Shown here: positions 1 to 8,161 of the stretch, piece by piece
Layout: each line of letters opens with the position of its first letter
Position numbering within the stretch: the stretch's first letter is position 1
The notes under the pieces: generated by a model
Database searches by the model: none
What the model saw: only the letters and a program-made list of their open reading frames with translations
Told to the model about the DNA's origin: nothing
Made by a program: the position numbers and the translations under genes
DNA from: a virus
Lineage: Duplodnaviria > Caudoviricetes
Length of the DNA: 60,767 nucleotides
IMG/VR virus record: IMGVR_UViG_3300033993_001964
Coordinates: 1-60,767 of that record
Reading direction: 5' to 3' (one strand)

Positions 1-35
1 GTTGTCCAACCCACGCAGCCGTTCAAGTTGTCGAG

Positions 36-425
36 TCAGTTGCTGATAGTCTTGAGGATCCCGAAGTCGTTGTATTTTTCGATGGACCGGAACGTCACCC
101 ATGCGCCCTGTGCTCTGGCGACTGGAACGCACATGACGGCACGCGTCCCGGTGTGAACGAGAATAAAAGCGTCGACGTGCTTGGGAGAGTAGGACTCAAC
201 CTTGCGAGCGCCTCTGCGTATTCGGATTCGATTGCCGTTGCGGCCCGCCGATGCAGTGGCTTTGACTTGCAGGCGCCAGTGCCGGCGGCCCAAGAACGCG
301 ACGAGGTCGTAGCCGTCGTCGATGACTGGGAGGGCCACGTGATAGCCCTCCCGGAGCAATCGCTCCACCGCCATCGACACCCCGATTTCCGCGATGAATC
401 GCCCATCGTTAGCATCCTTGCTCAT
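36..425 (-). CDS. PD-(D/E)XK endonuclease (group I intron-associated/homing-like family)
   Basis: Motifs AEIG..A...L...GY.V..P...GYDLV...LQVKAT and YSPKHVDAFI; start moved to ATG 425 (MSKDAND), just after the helicase stop. Confidence 0.75.
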   Translation of the reverse strand: MSKDANDGRFIAEIGVSMAVERLLREGYHVALPVIDDGYDLVAFLGRRHWRLQVKATASAGRNGNRIRIRRGARKVESYSPKHVDAFILVHTGTRAVMCVPVARAQGAWVTFRSIEKYNDFGILKTISN

Positions 426-433
426 CTGGCCCC

Positions 434-1939
434 CTATGCGGCGGCGGTCTTCCTGCGGTCCAGTTCCTTCTGAACTGCCTGCTTGAACGGACTGTCCTTC
501 TTGTTCGACTCGTGCACCCACTGCAGGTAGCCTTCGGGAAGCGAGTCGAGTCGCTGGCCCTTGTACTTTCCGTACAACATTCGCCAGGCTCGGCCCTTCT
601 TTTCCTCAGGCTCCGAGAACAGGTCACGCGAGTTGTGATCGAACGTCACGCCAACCAGTAACGCCCTCCGCTTTTCGCGTAGTTCGGCGGCCTTCGCTTC
701 CATCTCGGCCAGGTCGAACTCGTCAGCTTCGCGGATGGCATCAACGGCGTCCGTGCCGTCCATCGACAGGCCTGAGCTTATGCGCTCTCGCCTTTTTGCG
801 CAAGCACGAGACTTGGCATCGAGCACGTCCAAGGCGCTCAGGAGTTGGTGCGACCGGCTGCTGTCCGTGATGTCGTAGATGTTGAAGTGCGGCTTGCCGG
901 ATGCGGCAATAGCGGCCAGCCGTTCCTCCTTGCTCATGTCCGGGTGGATGACTCCTGGCAGGGCACGCGTCCCACGACCCAGACGCTGCTCGTACCGGGA
1001 CAGGCTGCGGGTTGGGGCTGCCATGTAAATGTTTCGCAGCTCGGGATGATCCCATCCGTACCCCAGAATGCCCACGTTGACAATGATCTTGGTTTCGCCC
1101 TTGAGGAAGGCGTCCATGTTGTCCTTCCGTTCGACCAGGTTCTGCTTGCTATGAACAATGCTCGTCTTCTTGTCATAGCGCTCGAACACTTCCGTCAGGA
1201 GCTTGGCCTGCCGGACGTTACATGCGTAGACAACGCTGGGCTGGTGGTTGTGAGTCTGTAGTACCAGCGACGAAACCTCCTGGACGTAATGCTCGGCCGT
1301 GAGTACGGCGGCGAGCTGCTTCTTGTCCCACTCCCCGCACACTTCGTCCACCAGAGTCATGTCCAGGCTCTTGGACTCTGACATAAAGCACTTGGGCGGC
1401 ACGAGGTAGCCATCCTCGATGCCCTCCATTAGGGAGTACACGACCTGCGGTCTCGGCCAGTACCTCAGCGCCTTTCCCTTGCCCTTGTATGGCGTGGCAC
1501 TGAAGCCCACGATCGTCGCACCCTGAGCCTCGAAGTGCTTCAGCATTTCCTCGAGTCGGGGCGTGATACCGACATGGCATTCGTCCACCAAAACGAGGCT
1601 GACCCTGTCGTACCCGGAGGCCTTGTACCTGTTGCCTGATAGCAGGCTGTCTCGTGAGCCGACGATGATGCGTCGACGCAGGTCGGCCCGCATCAGTCCC
1701 TGCTCAATGTCGCAGCGTTCGTCCAGCCGCAGCTCCAGCCGGTCTCTGGCCTGCTTCATCAGGTCGATGAGCGGGGCAATGACCAGCGGGTGCTTGGCCA
1801 AGCGGCACAGCTCGGACATGACTTCAGTCTTGCCTGAGCCGACCGGCTGGCAGACCACGATCCTGCGGTCGCCAGCCTTAGCGGCACTGCAAACCTTGCT
1901 AACTGCGGACTTCTGGTAGTCGCGGAGCTTGACGGTCAT
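434..1939 (-). CDS. Superfamily 2 DExH helicase with C-terminal DUF3820-like domain
   Basis: LRDYQ Q-motif, QPVGSGKT Walker A, VDECH, SATP, GWDHP, QRLGRGTR; C-terminal MLYGKYKGQRLDSLPEGYLQWV; ATG 1939 overlaps upstream TGA (ATGA). Confidence 0.9.
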   Translation of the reverse strand: MTVKLRDYQKSAVSKVCSAAKAGDRRIVVCQPVGSGKTEVMSELCRLAKHPLVIAPLIDLMKQARDRLELRLDERCDIEQGLMRADLRRRIIVGSRDSLLSGNRYKASGYDRVSLVLVDECHVGITPRLEEMLKHFEAQGATIVGFSATPYKGKGKALRYWPRPQVVYSLMEGIEDGYLVPPKCFMSESKSLDMTLVDEVCGEWDKKQLAAVLTAEHYVQEVSSLVLQTHNHQPSVVYACNVRQAKLLTEVFERYDKKTSIVHSKQNLVERKDNMDAFLKGETKIIVNVGILGYGWDHPELRNIYMAAPTRSLSRYEQRLGRGTRALPGVIHPDMSKEERLAAIAASGKPHFNIYDITDSSRSHQLLSALDVLDAKSRACAKRRERISSGLSMDGTDAVDAIREADEFDLAEMEAKAAELREKRRALLVGVTFDHNSRDLFSEPEEKKGRAWRMLYGKYKGQRLDSLPEGYLQWVHESNKKDSPFKQAVQKELDRRKTAAA

Positions 1940-2205
1940 CTGTTTCGCCTGCCTTTCTTGCGCTTCTTCCTTTTCTTGTCCGGCTCTTGGGCCGGCGGCA
2001 GGTCGAAAGGCAGGTCCGCGTCCACGATCACGGGCTCCGGAAGCCGCACCGCCTCCAGGATCCGGCTCAGAATGTCGAGCTCGGCCAGCAGCTGGGGGAC
2101 GATGTGGATCAGGAGCTTGCGAAGCGTGGGTGCATCGAAGTTGTCCGTCTCTTGGACGGCCCCAATGACCGTCTGGCAAAGCTCAACGAGTTCACGATTG
2201 ACCAT
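1936..2205 (-). CDS. Hypothetical protein with very basic C-terminus
   Basis: MVNRELVEL... ending KKRKKRKKGRRNR; translationally coupled to the helicase. Confidence 0.6.
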   Translation of the reverse strand: MVNRELVELCQTVIGAVQETDNFDAPTLRKLLIHIVPQLLAELDILSRILEAVRLPEPVIVDADLPFDLPPAQEPDKKRKKRKKGRRNR

Positions 2206-2288
2206 GTGACGTCCTTGTGTGTGAAAAACCCCCTGTGCTGAAGGCTGGAGGGTGCAGCCCGGAGAAGCGGCCAGCACTCCGTGTCTCA

Positions 2289-2981
2289 CTAGGCAGGAAC
2301 GGGCTGCTTTTTCCGTGCGGCTGCAGACTTGTTGGCGTCGTCGGCCATGCTCGCCAGGTCTTCGTAGGCAGACTTGCGAACAGTGCCGGACTTCACGTGC
2401 TCAGCCACCCGATCGAGGATCGCCTTGCGCCGCTCAGGGTCGGCTGCGTCGTTCAGGCTCTTGATGGCCATGTCAACGATCCGCTTCTCGCCAGATGCAG
2501 CCTGCTCTTTGGCCAGCTCCTCTGCTGTCGTGCCATCGTCGTCGTCGTCGGCAGCCAGACCGACCAGCGCACAGTAGGCGGCACGACGTGCGTACGTGAT
2601 CGCCGCCGCCAGCCTCTGAGGATCGGCGGTCGAGGCCTTGATGGGCAGGTTGCTGTCGATGAACTCTCCGCTGCTGTGCAGAAGCTGCGTGCACAGGACG
2701 ATGTCGCCGTCCGTGTTGTTCGTCAGCGTCTGGACAACGACCAGCCCATGCTCGGCGAGCGCTCGGCTTGCCGCCTTGTGGCATTGGGCAAGGTCGGCGT
2801 AGTCCTTGACTGGCTTGCCGTCCGGTCCCTTCTTGGCGAAGTGGCTGGACCTGTTGCGAACCAGCGGCTCCATGTTGGGGATGGACTTCGCCAGAGCCTC
2901 AGCAAGCTTGGCCGTGCCCATCGGGCAGCGGTCCATGAGGGTGTAGATCTTCTTCTGCGGATACATCGTTCCTTCGATCAT
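2289..2981 (-). CDS. erf: ERF-family single-strand DNA annealing protein
   Basis: YADLA, LAEHGLVVVQ, TQLLHSSGEFI, DPQRLAAAITYARRAAYCALVGLAADDDDDG signature. Confidence 0.9.
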   Translation of the reverse strand: MIEGTMYPQKKIYTLMDRCPMGTAKLAEALAKSIPNMEPLVRNRSSHFAKKGPDGKPVKDYADLAQCHKAASRALAEHGLVVVQTLTNNTDGDIVLCTQLLHSSGEFIDSNLPIKASTADPQRLAAAITYARRAAYCALVGLAADDDDDGTTAEELAKEQAASGEKRIVDMAIKSLNDAADPERRKAILDRVAEHVKSGTVRKSAYEDLASMADDANKSAAARKKQPVPA

Positions 2982-3883
2982 GACATTCTCCTGATGTGTG
3001 CCGGGACTGGCAGTTCAACGACCTCGCCGTGCTGGTCCGGCATCCAGTAGTCGAGGTCCATGCGGATCCGTATGTCCGCGAGAGAAGCCATTAGGCGTCG
3101 TCGTCCATCGGAGACGAGGTCCAGTGGCAAAGTCACAACGTGGCACTGATGCGGCCACACTGTGCTGACAACAACAAAGTTCAGCGGTCGGGGATCCATC
3201 CCCAGCGCTTCCATGCCCCACTGGTAATGCGCATCCTGCGCGTGGTAGCCGTACGTAACGACGGACTTCCAGAAGGAGTCGAGGATGTCTGCTTCTTTGG
3301 TGGTCTTGAGATCCACCCACGCAGACTGAGAGATGAGGTCGGGCCGGCACCTGAGCAGCTGTCCATCTGGGCCTTCCCAGCGGACGCTGACCTCGTGGGC
3401 CACCGCTTCCTCGATGAGCTTCCGGGCAGCCCGGTGCTCCATGACGGCGTCGATCTCACGCCGGAGCTGCTTGATCTCCTTGCCGGAAACCAGCTCCATG
3501 CCGGGTGCGTTCTCGAGGGCCCATTGCTGGGCCTTTTTCCCGACCTGCCCCGTTTCCGTCAGAGTGTCCTCTGGCGGGGCGACCAGCTCCTCGAAGAGCC
3601 GTTCGCCTACCTCCAGCCACCTGTGCAGCCGGGTTCCATGCGCTAGGGCGGCCGACTCTTCCGACTGTATGGACCGGGCAACATGGCGAAGGTAGAAATA
3701 CCTAGCACCCCGCGAGGCGTGATCCCAGAGCTGGGACTTCGACCATCCTGCGGAGGCGTGATAGGCCGAGTTGGCCTCACCCTCCGCAGCGGATGGGAGT
3801 TCCGGGAATGGGCGATACTGGGCTCGAACCAGTGACCCCCAGCTTGTCGAGCTGGGGGTAGACAACGCCTGATCGCGGGGCAT
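2978..3883 (-). CDS. Exonuclease VIII-like PD-(D/E)XK nuclease (DUF3799-like); start uncertain (ATG 3883 or 3907)
   Basis: NSAYHA..SKSQL, ALAHGTRLH, LRCRPD, DLKTT, YGYHAQDAHY; sits directly upstream of ERF as in RecET-like pairs. Confidence 0.85.
   Translation of the reverse strand: MPRDQALSTPSSTSWGSLVRAQYRPFPELPSAAEGEANSAYHASAGWSKSQLWDHASRGARYFYLRHVARSIQSEESAALAHGTRLHRWLEVGERLFEELVAPPEDTLTETGQVGKKAQQWALENAPGMELVSGKEIKQLRREIDAVMEHRAARKLIEEAVAHEVSVRWEGPDGQLLRCRPDLISQSAWVDLKTTKEADILDSFWKSVVTYGYHAQDAHYQWGMEALGMDPRPLNFVVVSTVWPHQCHVVTLPLDLVSDGRRRLMASLADIRIRMDLDYWMPDQHGEVVELPVPAHIRRMS
3809..3855 (-). mobile_element. attP core: 3' half of tRNA-Val(GAC)
   Basis: Minus strand CCAGC-TCGACAA-GCTGG (anticodon arm, GAC), GGGTC, ACTGG-TTCGAGC-CCAGT (T arm), ATCGCCCA (acceptor 3' strand); D arm and 5' acceptor strand absent; about 50 bp upstream of a tyrosine integrase. 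Confidence 0.85.
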
Positions 3884-3886
3884 ACT
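3859..3886 (+). promoter_or_regulatory. Possible sigma70-type promoter for the integrase
   Basis: TAGACA-N16-CATACT followed by AAGGGGG RBS-like sequence and ATG 3906. Confidence 0.35.
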
Positions 3887-3905
3887 GCCTATTAAGGGGG
3901 TTGTC

Positions 3906-4715
3906 ATGTCACCGAAGTCTCTGGTGTTGGAATACCTGGACGGCCGCGAGTGCCATCCTGAGTACCGCCGGGCGATGATTGCTCTGGCAAGTCGGCTGTC
4001 CGACCTGACCGCAGCAGCAGTCAACGCGCATCTCCGTATGCGTGCAGAATCCTGTTCGGCAACCACCGTCGCCAATGAGCGGCGGATGGTGCTTACCTTG
4101 TGGCGATGGGCTTGGGAGGAAGGCCGGATCGACTCGGCGCCGCGAGGCGTCATGAAGATCAAGAACCACCAGAAGCCCGTTCGTGCCTGGACTATCGCCG
4201 AGTGCCGCGAACTCGTCAAGGGGTCGGAAAAGTTTTTTGGCCAGCGACTTCGCAACGGAGCAGACGTTGGCAAGTTTTTGCAGTGCTGGGTGCTGCTTGC
4301 CTACGAGACGGGAGCCCGCTACGGCGACGTGTTTGCATGGAAGAAGGGGAACTTTGCGGGGTCTACGGTGAGTTGGGTTACGTCCAAGACGGGAGTGCCG
4401 TGCACGCGAGTGGTCTCGCCCAAAGCAATGGAACTGGTCGCGGACATGCTGAACGCCAGCCCGGACGATCGAGTGCTGGGCTGGGCGTGCTGCCGTCGCC
4501 AGTCGTTCCGTCTTATGCGCAAGCTAATAGCCTCCTGCCTGCCTGGCGGCAGCGGTAGGTGGCTTCGGAGGTCAGCCGCCACCCATCTGGAACTTAATCA
4601 GCCCGGAAAGGCGCAATGGTTCCTAGCACACAAGACAGCAGGATTGGCGGCCAGGCACTACCTGGACCAGTCCCAGCTGGTATCGGAAACCCTCAAGCCT
4701 CCGAGCATCTACTGA
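3906..4715 (+). CDS. int: Tyrosine recombinase / phage integrase
   Basis: LAYETGARYGDV (box I R), SKTG (K), RWLRRSAAT (variant HxxR), LAHKT (H), RHYLD (catalytic Y); adjacent attP. Confidence 0.85.
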   Translation: MSPKSLVLEYLDGRECHPEYRRAMIALASRLSDLTAAAVNAHLRMRAESCSATTVANERRMVLTLWRWAWEEGRIDSAPRGVMKIKNHQKPVRAWTIAECRELVKGSEKFFGQRLRNGADVGKFLQCWVLLAYETGARYGDVFAWKKGNFAGSTVSWVTSKTGVPCTRVVSPKAMELVADMLNASPDDRVLGWACCRRQSFRLMRKLIASCLPGGSGRWLRRSAATHLELNQPGKAQWFLAHKTAGLAARHYLDQSQLVSETLKPPSIY

Positions 4716-7700
4716 ACAACGAATGGGTTGCCGCCAAATACTCCGGGCCCAGCGCCTGCCTTCTTTCCATCACGGCGGGCCTTCTGGATCTCGGAGCGCT
4801 TTTGGCGCGCCAACTCAAATGCGTCCAGAGCGTTCTTCGGCACCATCGCGCGTTGACTCTCCGGGATGTACGGAATCGAAACGTCCTTCGTGTACGGAGC
4901 CGCAAGCTCCTGGAGCCGCTTGATCTGGTCTTCGGCGATGCGGTCCTTTGACATCGCACGGAAGCGACCGAGACCCATTTGGTTGAACGTCGTGTCGAAT
5001 GCACGAGAGCCGAACGAGCGATCCTCGTCGTTGCCGATCAAGCTGGCGGCAAGCCTGGCCGGCTGCGAAGCAAAAGGGATCAGATCAATAGCGCGGTCAA
5101 GGCCAGCAGGGATTCTCCCGGTGCCCGCATCAGGACCAGCAACAGCTCTGGCAATCTTGCTGTACGGTCCGTAGCCTTTGGCAAGGTGGCCGATCGGTTC
5201 CTTAGTAAAGGCGTCTTGACCAGTGAGCAACTCGCCGCCGACGCGAATCAGCGGCGACATGCCCTGCAATACGTTGCCGAGCGTGTTGCTAGCGGACGAC
5301 GGGTCAAACATCTGCAGCTGGTCGTAGCCAGGCAAGTCCACGTCAGTGAAGTAGCGCGTGTAGTTGGGGTCGTCGCTACCCAAGAAAGGCATGTTGTCCG
5401 GGATCGGAACTGCAAACTGCGACCGAAGCTGCTCAGGGATGTACGGCTCGTCGTCAGTTGGGTTCTGCAGGTTCTCGTACACCCGCAGGCCCTGTCCGTA
5501 CCGCCCGCCCGGCCGCTCAAGCAGCTGCCGACCAGCCTCAGCTGTGATGCGTGACGTGTACGCGTAGAACGGCATGAAGGAATCGCGGAACTGCTTTTCG
5601 ACAGTGGTCAGAGAGTCGTAGTCGACGTGCGCGCGTTTCATGCGGCGAGCTGCTTCCTCTGGCGATATGCCCTGAAGCAGCAGGGAGTTGTAGCCTGTTA
5701 GTCGGTTAATCGTGTCCGACAGGTTTCCAGCCCGGCCGCCGGCAGCGGCGATCGGATTCTTGTCCAGGTTCATGAAGTTGGCCCAGTTGTCCGCCTTGAA
5801 AAGCGGCGAAGCAGCGTCGGACCAACTCATTGGATTGACGCCTGGCATCAGCTCCGTCATCGGCGTGCCTGCCGACTCCAGACCTACGTCGCGTAGGTAT
5901 CCTCCGCCCAGCAATCCTTCTGCTGCGAGGTCAGAGTAATACCGCGCGGCCCTGTCTGAGGCTGGGTAGCTGGAGTATCGCGGCATCTGCCCTAAGAACG
6001 CAACGAACTCAGGATCAAACGCAGACTTCTTGGCCAACTCTCTTGCTGTGACGTACGGCTTGCCAGAGAACAGATCAACGATGTGCCGCATTATCGGCAT
6101 GGCGCGCATGTCCAGCGCACCCTCAAGCCAGTTGGAGAACATGCCGCTGTAAAGGTCGCGCACTATGCGTCGCGGCATAGCAAGAACGCCGGCCTTCCAT
6201 CCCCGATTGAACCATCGCAAGGGCTTGAGCAATGTCTCAACGGACTCGGGCTTAGAAAACGCATCCTGAACCTTGAGCATCCGGTTGATGTCATCTTCCG
6301 GAACAGAGTATTTGGCTAGCTCAATCTTGTCTGCCTGTTCGCCGGTGACCTCAGCCAGCCGGCGGCGCATCTGCTGGCGTGCGCCCTCTTCTCCGAGCTC
6401 GCCCTGCACGGTGCGAGCGCCGAATCTCTTGAGGGCCTCGCTGAGCGGAATGCTCTTGCCGCCTTCTACAAAAGGTGCGGGCGTGGGCTTGGCAATGGCG
6501 GCGATCGAGTCGTAGATCGACTTCTGCACGGCGCCTGCGCCAGCACGCCCGGACACGTAGTCCATGACCGTCTTGGTGGGATGCTGAGCGTACAGCTGGG
6601 TCGGACCTGCCGCCGTCTCTGGCAGCAGATGCAGGAGTCTGGCTAGCTGAAGCCCTTGCTTCTTGCCTTCGTCGGTGACTTCGCCGTACAGCTTCTCGGC
6701 GATGTGAATGGCAGCAGCGTCGTCGGTAGTTGCCGTACGCTTCGGGCCAGCCACGACAGGGTCAAGGCTAAGGTCAAAAGCAATCGTGTCTCGACCGCCC
6801 GGAACCTTAAGTGCGTCAGTGCGCGCCATCTGGTCTGGCGTCATGGTGCCAAGCACGCGCCCCAGAGAAGACGACGATCCCTGCTCACGACCAAGCACCC
6901 CATCCAGGCGGCGCGGCAGGTAGCCAGCCACATTCGGGTCATCCAGCGTGCCGCCATTCAGGCCGAGCTCGCGGAACTCTGGCGGCAACTCTGCGGCCTT
7001 CTCGTCCCACCAGTTCAGGTAGTTGCGAATCGCAGGGCTGCTGTCCGCTTTAGCGGCGTCGGCAGCTGCGTTCGGGTTCTCAAGAGGCTTGTCCATTAGG
7101 CGGCCAAGCGTGCGGTTGCCCTCTTCTGAGAAGACCTCTGGCGCACCCTGATACAGCTTGGAGGCCTGGTAGACAGCCTCCCTCCTGGCTTCTTTCTGGG
7201 CGGCCTTTCGTGCGTCGTCTGCCCCAGCAAACGCCGCCTGCTGCGCTGCGTCAGTGCCGCCGCCAACAGCGTTGTTGGTAAGAGACGCAAGCACTCGGCC
7301 AGGTCCGGACCAGCGAGCGATGTCGTCCACCTTGTCCATCGCGTCGGTGTACATATCGCCGACGAACGGGATGTTGAACGTGGCTCGAGCATCGTGCATG
7401 AACGACGGCGCCAGGCCAACATCCCCACCGAGACGCTGGGTGCGGAGTACGTCGTACTGGCCCTCGATGCCCTGCTTGCGCAGCCAGTCCCGGACCGACC
7501 TCTGCGCCTCCTCCGGATTGGGCGCGTAGTCGATCAGGTTGCCAAGCGTCCCGTACTTGCGTGCCGCACGGCGCCCGACGAGCGGTCGGCCCACCACGTC
7601 CGTCTCGCTCAGCGTCTCACGGCCCAGCTTCTGACCCAGCTTGGTGGCGTAGGCCGTAGCCCGCTCCGTGAGCTCGGGCGCCAGGTCTTCGGCGGAGTTG

Positions 7701-8149
7701 ACGAACGCACGAGACAGCGTTTGCGGCGCGCTCTTGAGCAGGCCGGCTGCGTCCGCCGCTCTTCCTGCCGTGCCAAGCGCACGTATGGCGCCAGTGGCGT
7801 AGTTCAAGGGGTCGGTGAGAATCTCAGCCCCGACGCCGGCGCTCCAGTTAGCCCAGTTGTCTTCGTCGCCAACGAGTCCGTGCTCACGCAGCAGCTCGCG
7901 ACCGGACGTGCGATCGTCCTCTGATGCGAACACCTCGCTCAGCCCCCTGCCCAGCCCGCCCGCCAGCGTGCCTCGAGCAAACGCGCCTGGCGTATCGAGC
8001 GCCCACAGCAGGCTGGACAGAGTGCCGCCTGTGGTGTCCTTCACGTAGCCCAGCAAGTCTTGCTCGGACTGTGGATCGACTACGTACTTCGGCTTAGTGC
8101 CAGTCGGTACGGCAAACGGATTAGGACCAAAGACGTCGACGCCAGCCAT
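4709..8149 (-). CDS. Large virion protein, probable internal/ejection protein
   Basis: 1146 aa, Ala/Gly-rich, last gene of a podovirus-type structural operon; C-terminal region (DYDSLT..EKQF..FMPFY) resembles large podoviral ejection proteins. Confidence 0.55.
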   Translation of the reverse strand: MAGVDVFGPNPFAVPTGTKPKYVVDPQSEQDLLGYVKDTTGGTLSSLLWALDTPGAFARGTLAGGLGRGLSEVFASEDDRTSGRELLREHGLVGDEDNWANWSAGVGAEILTDPLNYATGAIRALGTAGRAADAAGLLKSAPQTLSRAFVNSAEDLAPELTERATAYATKLGQKLGRETLSETDVVGRPLVGRRAARKYGTLGNLIDYAPNPEEAQRSVRDWLRKQGIEGQYDVLRTQRLGGDVGLAPSFMHDARATFNIPFVGDMYTDAMDKVDDIARWSGPGRVLASLTNNAVGGGTDAAQQAAFAGADDARKAAQKEARREAVYQASKLYQGAPEVFSEEGNRTLGRLMDKPLENPNAAADAAKADSSPAIRNYLNWWDEKAAELPPEFRELGLNGGTLDDPNVAGYLPRRLDGVLGREQGSSSSLGRVLGTMTPDQMARTDALKVPGGRDTIAFDLSLDPVVAGPKRTATTDDAAAIHIAEKLYGEVTDEGKKQGLQLARLLHLLPETAAGPTQLYAQHPTKTVMDYVSGRAGAGAVQKSIYDSIAAIAKPTPAPFVEGGKSIPLSEALKRFGARTVQGELGEEGARQQMRRRLAEVTGEQADKIELAKYSVPEDDINRMLKVQDAFSKPESVETLLKPLRWFNRGWKAGVLAMPRRIVRDLYSGMFSNWLEGALDMRAMPIMRHIVDLFSGKPYVTARELAKKSAFDPEFVAFLGQMPRYSSYPASDRAARYYSDLAAEGLLGGGYLRDVGLESAGTPMTELMPGVNPMSWSDAASPLFKADNWANFMNLDKNPIAAAGGRAGNLSDTINRLTGYNSLLLQGISPEEAARRMKRAHVDYDSLTTVEKQFRDSFMPFYAYTSRITAEAGRQLLERPGGRYGQGLRVYENLQNPTDDEPYIPEQLRSQFAVPIPDNMPFLGSDDPNYTRYFTDVDLPGYDQLQMFDPSSASNTLGNVLQGMSPLIRVGGELLTGQDAFTKEPIGHLAKGYGPYSKIARAVAGPDAGTGRIPAGLDRAIDLIPFASQPARLAASLIGNDEDRSFGSRAFDTTFNQMGLGRFRAMSKDRIAEDQIKRLQELAAPYTKDVSIPYIPESQRAMVPKNALDAFELARQKRSEIQKARRDGKKAGAGPGVFGGNPFVVQ

Positions 8150-8161
8150 GAGACTTACCTC

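Noticed and set aside
2226-2260. Seventh copy of the early cassette motif (AAAAACCCCCTGTG)
   Set aside because: Only the CCCCCTG part matches; lacks TTTCAGGGG and CGGCGA
3809-3885. Complete tRNA-Val gene
   Set aside because: Sequence 5' of the anticodon arm has no D arm and cannot pair with the acceptor 3' strand; only the 3' half is present, as expected for attP
3908-4273. N-terminal extension of the exonuclease ORF to 4273
   Set aside because: Lies antisense to the integrase with no nuclease similarity; likely a shadow frame
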